From the IMG/VR virus record IMGVR_UViG_3300027969_000046: 64,000 bases of DNA. One strand, given 5' to 3'. A model generated the notes under the pieces. It was not told the DNA's origin and ran no database searches. It worked only from the letters and a program-made list of their open reading frames with translations. Shown here in pieces: positions 58,801 through 64,000 of the stretch. The stretch's first letter is position 1, and every line of letters begins with the position of its first letter. This DNA comes from a virus. The position numbers and the translations under genes were made by a program.

Positions 58801-61750
58801 CCACTCTGTAGCTGATGTGGCAAAAAATGATTACTTATCGTCTATTGACCCTAAGAACAAAGAACTGCGTCCATCATTTAACATATCTTCACATTTATTA
58901 ACATTTGATTCCGCCACTTCAAGCAACTTTATGAAGAACGGTCCTTTGGTTACTGCTAATGCTGCACACTCAGCATTTATTGACCAAAACAAAGCTTCCA
59001 AATCAATCAATGTTAATCCATTCAATGTGATTAACTTCTTAGGTAAAATTCAATTAGACCCAGCGTCTGATATTTGGATTGACACTAATAAACAACCAGA
59101 TGTTCTTGTTAATCTGCAAGGTGACAAAGATGCTTGGAATATAATTACTGCCAACGCTTACTCATATGAGTGGGGTGATTGGTCAACATATTGGACTGGA
59201 ACAACAACTGACAGTCCTGCATATCGTGGTTGGTTAGGTGCAACAGGCCGATATGAAGTGGTTTACGGTACAGAAACAACAACAACATCATCATCACAAA
59301 CAAGAACTGGTGTTAAAACAACTGTTGTTCCAACCACAATTACTCAATCTTTGGGTGACCGTGTTGTTGATGTGTCTATTATTCCTTACATGAGAAATCG
59401 TAATGTGTTATTTACTGGTTCTGATTTTAAACCAGATACCACATTATATTCTTTCTTTGATAATGTTAATATTGACAAGTATGTTGCTCGTGCTAACAAA
59501 TTTAAAATTGCCACAAATAATCTTGGTTTCAGAACTGAGATTGGCAATCCAGAAACAGTTTCAGTAGTTAATACTGCAACTAGCACAACTAATGCTACTG
59601 CATATGTTGTTCGCACATCTAATACTGAAGCATTTATTATTAGTGTTAACCCATCTTCTGCACTTAACGGTTCTACAATGAACTTGGTTGGTTCTTCAAC
59701 AGGAACAACTGTTCGTGTTGTTGGCTATGACCACTACTCTGGTAATGCAGCCTCTGCTACTGGAAATACTATTGTATTGAATGTTGATGCGTTTGGTGCT
59801 AATAATACTACTGATTATGTTGGTTCACCAATCTATATTGTTAGTGGAACTGGTGCTGGCCAACAAGGCACAATTACTACTTACACAGCTGCTACACGAA
59901 ATGTAGCAATCTCTGGTGCATGGACAACTATACCATCTACTGATTCTATCTACTCAATTGGTAATCTAAAAACTACCATGGCAGGCGATGTTGCTGGTGT
60001 GTTTAATATTCCTTCTGCAACATTCCGTGTTGGTGAAAAGAACTTTAGAATGGTTGACAATTCAACCGGCGATTTAGGTTCTTCATCTACAAACGGTGAC
60101 GCTACATTCTTTGCACAAGGCATTTTACAGTCAACAGAGAATACTATTATCTCTACAACTGTACCAACAATTCAAAGAGCTTCTGTAACCGACAATCGTG
60201 TTGTTTCTTCTACAACAAGTCGCCAAGTTGTGATTGGTTATTGGGATCCACTTGCACAAACATTCTTAATATCACCAGTAAATTACCCACAAGGTATTTT
60301 CCTGTCTAAGGCTCGTTTTGCATTTAAATCGAAAGATACAACAGTACCAGTTACATTACAGGTTCGTCCTGCAACAAATGGTTACCCATCATCTTCTATA
60401 ATCTATCCTTACTCAACAGTTACTTTGACACCAGATAAAGTTAATACAACTACATCTCCAAACTTAGATACTGCTAGTAAATATACAGAGTTTGAGTTTG
60501 ATGCACCAATCTACTTGCAGCCAGGTGAACATTCATTTGTATTGTTGGCTAACTCTAACAAGTATGAGGTGTATGTTGCTGAAATTGGTAAACTTGACAC
60601 AGTAAGTGGTCGTCAAATTTCTGAACAACCATATGGCGGTTCATTGTTCTTATCACAAAACGGTTCTACATGGACTGCTGACCAAAATTCAGACCTCATG
60701 TTTAGATTGTTCCGTTATGTGTTTAGTACCGATCCTGTTCAAGCAACATTTAAGATTAATTATCCAAGTTCAAATACAGTCTATGACTTAACACACTTGA
60801 TTACCTCAGATGTTACTGTTGCTAATACTTCTTTATCTTACCAGTTTAATTCTGAAAAATCAACTGGTGGTATGACTGGATATAAAAACATTACTCCATT
60901 AACCGACTTCCAAATGAATGATGGTTTTGGCCGCCGTGTATTAAACCCAGCAACAGGTAATACAACATTAATTGTTAAGGCTACATTACAAACATCCAAT
61001 CCTGATATTTCTCCATTTTTAGACACATCACGATATGGTGTAATTGCCGTTGAAAACATTATCAATGATTTGCCATTGAGTAATTCTGGTATTACATTAA
61101 CAAGTGGTGGAACAGGTTACTCAACTAACGCCAACGCCGTTGTAACTATTACAGGTGGCGGAGGTTCAGGTGCAACTGCGGCTGCCGTTGTTACTGCTAA
61201 TGTGGTAACATCTATTTACTTGACAAATCCTGGTTCTGGTTATGAAACATCTCCAACATTTACATTGGTTGATGCTAACACAACTCCGGGTACTGGTGCA
61301 ACAATTACCTATAACGGTGAAGATAAGAAATCTGGTGGTAACTCTTATGTTCGTTACCTAACTCGTAAAGTGGTTCTTGCTGACGGATTTGATTCTGGTG
61401 ACTTGCGTGTTTATTTGACCGCATACAAACCTGCAGCTGCAAACATTCGTGTATATTACAAGTTACTGTCTGCTGCTGATACTGCAACATTTGATGATAA
61501 AACTTGGCAATTGATGACTCAGTTAAGTAATGCAAACTTTGCTTCTGCTGGTCCTGATGATTACAGAGAAATTGCATATGCGCCAGGTGTTGGTGGTTCT
61601 GCCAATAATTCTGTAAACTATACGACTAGTTCAACTGCATATAATTCATTTAGAACATTTGCTATTAAGATTGTATTGACTGGAACTGATACTACTGATG
61701 TTCCTAAGGTTCGTGATTTCCGTGCAATTGCTTTACCAGCCGGTGCATAA
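55808..61750 (+). CDS. Large virion structural protein (VrlC/DUF4815 family)
   Basis: NVNPYYDDF, LFKPG.AVQARELTQLQ, APGSDR, LARRTYDESG.Y, RYTMRDIG, DPLAQTF. Confidence 0.85.
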   Translation: MSLNTNFNVNPYYDDFDEAKKFLRLLFKPGYAVQARELTQLQTLLQSQISRFGNNVFKNGSLVTGGQTFLQNATYLKLDTDYSGLAVSVTNFNGKTITDSTGTKRGEVVVVYDADSGTGDPKTLLVKQIYGTAFASGDKISTVETAPAYANVSTSGVGTGQTFSVNDGVFYYDGFFIKNDAQTIATSKYNNATANARIGFEVTEAVVEYTQDTSLLDPAQDASNFQAPGSDRYKISLVLSTRALDSTDDTQFIELARVEQGALTYSVKYPLYAVLEDTLARRTYDESGNYTVRPFKLSLDTSAANTAKANVVLSPGKAYVYGYEHETIGPTTITFNKPRTTDNVSNKRISSDYGYYVYSNTHFGTFPINSLATIDLHCVSNGSINVSSTNTITNTKIGTARVKSIEFEAASNTSNSATYEYRTYLFDVNVSSLTGNVLTSNTTTITIGNTGAGQYYSTQNNAYTGAKLRIIAGPGAGETPKYITNYNGATGVITLSQQFIATTNTTSTWSIDFEVNDIKSLAVTSGTTRVAAADIDGASKDPATTYDDTFISDTKLEPLLLPLGQNYVASGTIGNLSFSYKRMYEAQAFSSSISPTLSVGTGEAISAAVSTSSKNEKYTVVVTASGTSPYTVGQIIPSNLFTVDTGTRKITVTSGNNMTANIVATIDSSNPSAKTKTFATANATVQTSGGTALFANNGVILYASQGQTHIMANTVVKTPATAQSLFVSDVVAVSSVLDFNGNQITVANAAIATDITSRYTLDNGQRDSYYDHASISLKAGVATPVGPLVVKYNRFSSSGAGFFDVDSYSGYDYGSIPTYSSVGAGNNYQLSDCLDFRPVRATPTSTTTANTVTFDVDSTTTGPKIPENGSDIILNYQYYLPRIDKVVLNKDRTFEVVQGIPSLTPVEPKDKDGAMTLYTLREPAYVANTSLIRVEYKDNRRYTMRDIGAIDKRVENLEYYTSLSLLEQSAVNKQDLTILDSTNLPRFKNGILVDAFDGHSVADVAKNDYLSSIDPKNKELRPSFNISSHLLTFDSATSSNFMKNGPLVTANAAHSAFIDQNKASKSINVNPFNVINFLGKIQLDPASDIWIDTNKQPDVLVNLQGDKDAWNIITANAYSYEWGDWSTYWTGTTTDSPAYRGWLGATGRYEVVYGTETTTTSSSQTRTGVKTTVVPTTITQSLGDRVVDVSIIPYMRNRNVLFTGSDFKPDTTLYSFFDNVNIDKYVARANKFKIATNNLGFRTEIGNPETVSVVNTATSTTNATAYVVRTSNTEAFIISVNPSSALNGSTMNLVGSSTGTTVRVVGYDHYSGNAASATGNTIVLNVDAFGANNTTDYVGSPIYIVSGTGAGQQGTITTYTAATRNVAISGAWTTIPSTDSIYSIGNLKTTMAGDVAGVFNIPSATFRVGEKNFRMVDNSTGDLGSSSTNGDATFFAQGILQSTENTIISTTVPTIQRASVTDNRVVSSTTSRQVVIGYWDPLAQTFLISPVNYPQGIFLSKARFAFKSKDTTVPVTLQVRPATNGYPSSSIIYPYSTVTLTPDKVNTTTSPNLDTASKYTEFEFDAPIYLQPGEHSFVLLANSNKYEVYVAEIGKLDTVSGRQISEQPYGGSLFLSQNGSTWTADQNSDLMFRLFRYVFSTDPVQATFKINYPSSNTVYDLTHLITSDVTVANTSLSYQFNSEKSTGGMTGYKNITPLTDFQMNDGFGRRVLNPATGNTTLIVKATLQTSNPDISPFLDTSRYGVIAVENIINDLPLSNSGITLTSGGTGYSTNANAVVTITGGGGSGATAAAVVTANVVTSIYLTNPGSGYETSPTFTLVDANTTPGTGATITYNGEDKKSGGNSYVRYLTRKVVLADGFDSGDLRVYLTAYKPAAANIRVYYKLLSAADTATFDDKTWQLMTQLSNANFASAGPDDYREIAYAPGVGGSANNSVNYTTSSTAYNSFRTFAIKIVLTGTDTTDVPKVRDFRAIALPAGA

Positions 61751-61751
61751 T

Positions 61752-61982
61752 ATGTTTGCTAAAGTAAAAGACCACGACAATCTAGTAAGAGATATGCACT
61801 CCAAAGCTGTTCTAAATACAGATAGAGCTGGTTTGCAAGACTATATGCAAAAGAGAGAGATGGCAAAAAAAGAAATCTCTGAAAAACTTGAAACAAAACA
61901 ACGCTTAGCCAAAATAGAAGAAGAAATGTCTGAAATCAAAGCACTATTGCAAGATATAGCTAACATTAGGAAATACGGATAA
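61752..61982 (+). CDS. Small conserved coiled-coil virion-associated protein
   Basis: KVKDH.NLVRD..SKAVLNTD; usual position after the VrlC-like gene. Confidence 0.7.
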   Translation: MFAKVKDHDNLVRDMHSKAVLNTDRAGLQDYMQKREMAKKEISEKLETKQRLAKIEEEMSEIKALLQDIANIRKYG

Positions 61983-62725
61983 TGGCGATTAATCAATTAA
62001 CAACCGCCAATACCTTTCAACATTGGTTAGCGGCAACTCAAAATTTAATTGCAACCGCCAATACCCTTACTGATGGTAATGGCGCTTCGTTTGTTGCTAA
62101 CACAAAACTAGACATTTCTGGTTCACAGGCTCAATTAAATGTTCGCACATCAGCCAGTATCAATACTCTGTATGCAAACAATACAATCCTTGGTGGTTTT
62201 ACTAATGTAACCACTCTGAATGTTTCAACTACTGGTTATATTGGTGGTGACTTAACTGTTGCTGGTAATGTAACAGTATCAGGAAACATTATTTTAGATT
62301 CAATTGGTTTTGATGATATCATCGCCAACGGTTCTATAACGGCTGCAAACAATCTTTCGATTGGTGGTTTCACAATCATTACTGGTAATACAACCCTCAG
62401 TAATGTAACTGCAACATATGGTAATTTCTCAACCGCCAATATCACAATTTTAACAGGCTCTGCCAATACTGCACTATATAGCAATATTACAACGGCACAG
62501 GCCTTTGCAACTTCTGCTGGTTCATACGCTAACTCAGCATTTGTTCATGCTAATGCGGCCTTCTTACAGGCCAACACTCCAAGTTATACTGCTAACTCCG
62601 CAGCCTCGTATGGTAATAGTGCGTTTGCGGTGGCAAATAGTTCTTCAAGTTATGCGAATAGCGCATTTTCCACAGCTAATACAGCCATTGATAACGCTGT
62701 TGCTTTGTCAATTGCACTTGGATAA
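61982..62725 (+). CDS. Tail fibre-like protein
   Basis: TF..W..TN N-terminus, beta-helix LTVxG repeats, ANSAF heptads, ALSIALG end. Confidence 0.7.
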   Translation: MAINQLTTANTFQHWLAATQNLIATANTLTDGNGASFVANTKLDISGSQAQLNVRTSASINTLYANNTILGGFTNVTTLNVSTTGYIGGDLTVAGNVTVSGNIILDSIGFDDIIANGSITAANNLSIGGFTIITGNTTLSNVTATYGNFSTANITILTGSANTALYSNITTAQAFATSAGSYANSAFVHANAAFLQANTPSYTANSAASYGNSAFAVANSSSSYANSAFSTANTAIDNAVALSIALG

Positions 62726-62759
62726 ATAGATAAATAGAATATCAAGGATATAACACAAC

Positions 62760-63086
62760 ATGGCAAATACCTTTAAATCAACGGCTAATGTGAACATTGA
62801 AGTTACTTCAAATACTGTTTACACTTGTCCGTCTGCTACACAAACAACTCTGATTGGAATGACTTTATCTAATAAGTCCAACGGCACGGTAACCGCAAAT
62901 GTGTTCTTGCGCCGTTCGTCTGTTGACTATTCAATCATTTCTAATGCACCAATTCTGACTGGTTCTTCTTTAGTTCCAATTGGTGGCGACCAAAAAGTTG
63001 TGTTGCAGGCAGCTGATTCAATTAAAATCACAACTAGTGCAAACAACGCAGTTGACACCATCGTTTCATTACTAGAGATTGCATAA
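62760..63086 (+). CDS. Small fibre-associated beta-sandwich protein
   Basis: MANTFK...TVYTCPSAT...KVVL..D...SLLEI. Confidence 0.65.
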   Translation: MANTFKSTANVNIEVTSNTVYTCPSATQTTLIGMTLSNKSNGTVTANVFLRRSSVDYSIISNAPILTGSSLVPIGGDQKVVLQAADSIKITTSANNAVDTIVSLLEIA

Positions 63087-63089
63087 TAA

Positions 63090-63761
63090 ATGGGATACTT
63101 AGGAAACTCATCGTTACCTTTTGACCCAACACGGTCATCTGGCAAACCACTAGATGCTGAGCGCTTTAGTGGTAATGGAAGCACAACTGCTTTCACACTA
63201 TCAAGACCTGTTAATGATGTAACAGATATTGATTTATTTGTAGAGAATGTTCGTCAAGAACCAACAGTCGCATATACTGTTGTTGGTACGGCACTCACAT
63301 TTACTGAAGCTCCTCCTTCAGGTACAAATAATGTCTATTTGGTATATCGTAACTATGGCACAGCACAAGTTCAGTTACCTGATGGTTCTGTTTCTTACGC
63401 TAAGTTATCTACAAACATTAAGCAATTCACACAAGATACTTTTACCGCAAACGGTACAGGTCAAACATTTACATTACAAGAAACACCTGCATCAGCAAAC
63501 TCCATTATGGTAACAGTTGACGGTGTTTATCAAATTTCACCAGCGCATTATAGTGTTACTGGTACAACAATTACATTTACTTCTGCACCTCCTGCATCTT
63601 CTAATGTTTCAGTTAGACATTTAGGCTTCAGAACATCAACGACAGTTACGGCATTGGCCGCAGGTTCAGTAGGAACAGTTGAATTGGCAGACGGCGGTGT
63701 AACAGATAATAAATTGGCAGTTTCACCCCTAACAAATATTTTAATGTTATCAGGAATTTAA
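63090..63761 (+). CDS. Tail fibre/baseplate-associated protein with two GNG..TFTL repeats
   Basis: MGYLGN, FSGNGSTTAFTL / FTANGTGQTFTL, V.VDGV.Q.P, LTFT.APP. Confidence 0.7.
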   Translation: MGYLGNSSLPFDPTRSSGKPLDAERFSGNGSTTAFTLSRPVNDVTDIDLFVENVRQEPTVAYTVVGTALTFTEAPPSGTNNVYLVYRNYGTAQVQLPDGSVSYAKLSTNIKQFTQDTFTANGTGQTFTLQETPASANSIMVTVDGVYQISPAHYSVTGTTITFTSAPPASSNVSVRHLGFRTSTTVTALAAGSVGTVELADGGVTDNKLAVSPLTNILMLSGI

Positions 63762-63764
63762 TCA

Positions 63765-64000
63765 ATGGCACAATCATTTAAACGACTTGGCGCAATTAAC
63801 CCATCTGCAAATACGCAGACTAATGTGTATGTTGTGCCTGCAGCAACTTCAGCAGTAATCTCAACAATTACTATTTGTAATCAAACAGCTTCTAATGCCT
63901 CTTATAGTTTGGCATTAATGAATTCTTCGGAATTTAATGCAGCAGCTCCAACTGCAACATACATCATTCGTGGTGGTGTTGTTCCTGCAGCTGATACAAT
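63765..64000 (+). CDS. Paralogue of 62760-63086 (runs off the window)
   Basis: MAQSFKRLGAINPSANTQTNVYVVPAATSAVISTITICN. Confidence 0.6.
   Translation, partial: MAQSFKRLGAINPSANTQTNVYVVPAATSAVISTITICNQTASNASYSLALMNSSEFNAAAPTATYIIRGGVVPAADT

Noticed and set aside
151-63513. Numerous antisense and alternate-frame ORFs in the six-frame track (e.g. 151-558, 29254-29688, 39330-39593, 55102-55479)
   Set aside because: They lie inside well-supported genes, lack RBSs and are shadows of codon bias
1-64000. Stop-codon reassignment, diversity-generating retroelement or integrase
   Set aside because: Core genes are full length in the standard code, and no reverse transcriptase, TR/VR pair or recombinase was seen

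Overview
This window is a 64 kb, AT-rich piece of a large T4-like (myovirus) phage genome in the standard genetic code. The host is probably a freshwater Betaproteobacterium (Burkholderiales), inferred from a DUF3563-like protein, a DesA-type desaturase and a rubrerythrin/rubredoxin pair. 1-9.7 kb: end of nrdB, fatty-acid desaturase, signal-peptide non-specific nuclease, GIY-YIG nuclease, phoH, a small phasin-like cassette and many short ORFs. 9.7-12.5 kb: repeat-rich control/origin-like region with divergent sigma70 promoters. 10.5-29 kb: early accessory region with repeated promoters, three tRNAs, rubrerythrin, RNase H, GT2, GalE, ClpP and a gp88-like protein. 29-38.6 kb: nucleases, DsbA, gp33, gp59, gp32. 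38.6-44.9 kb: minus-strand tail block (two paralogous tape-measure/hub-like genes, gp51, gp26, gp54, gp2, gp4). 44.9-64 kb: plus-strand baseplate and fibre genes (gp48, 53, 27-like, 5, 25, 6, 7, 8, VrlC-like). The most notable observations are: (1) a PhaR-box-like palindrome in front of a phasin-like/DUF3563 mini-operon, a possible phage module sensing or exploiting host PHA granules; (2) a canonical U-UUU-UUC -1 slippery site that would fuse gp26 to gp51, like lambda G/GT tail chaperones; (3) an unassigned ~175-nt multi-stem RNA and a second ~60-nt three-way-junction RNA; (4) two distinct promoter grammars, TGTTG-N8-CAACA operator plus IHF-like site plus 16-bp-spacer sigma70 promoter, and TT(G/A)CC-N21-TAYAAT; (5) a chain of translationally coupled 16-36 aa membrane micropeptides. 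All assignments come from motif recognition by eye; no searches were run.
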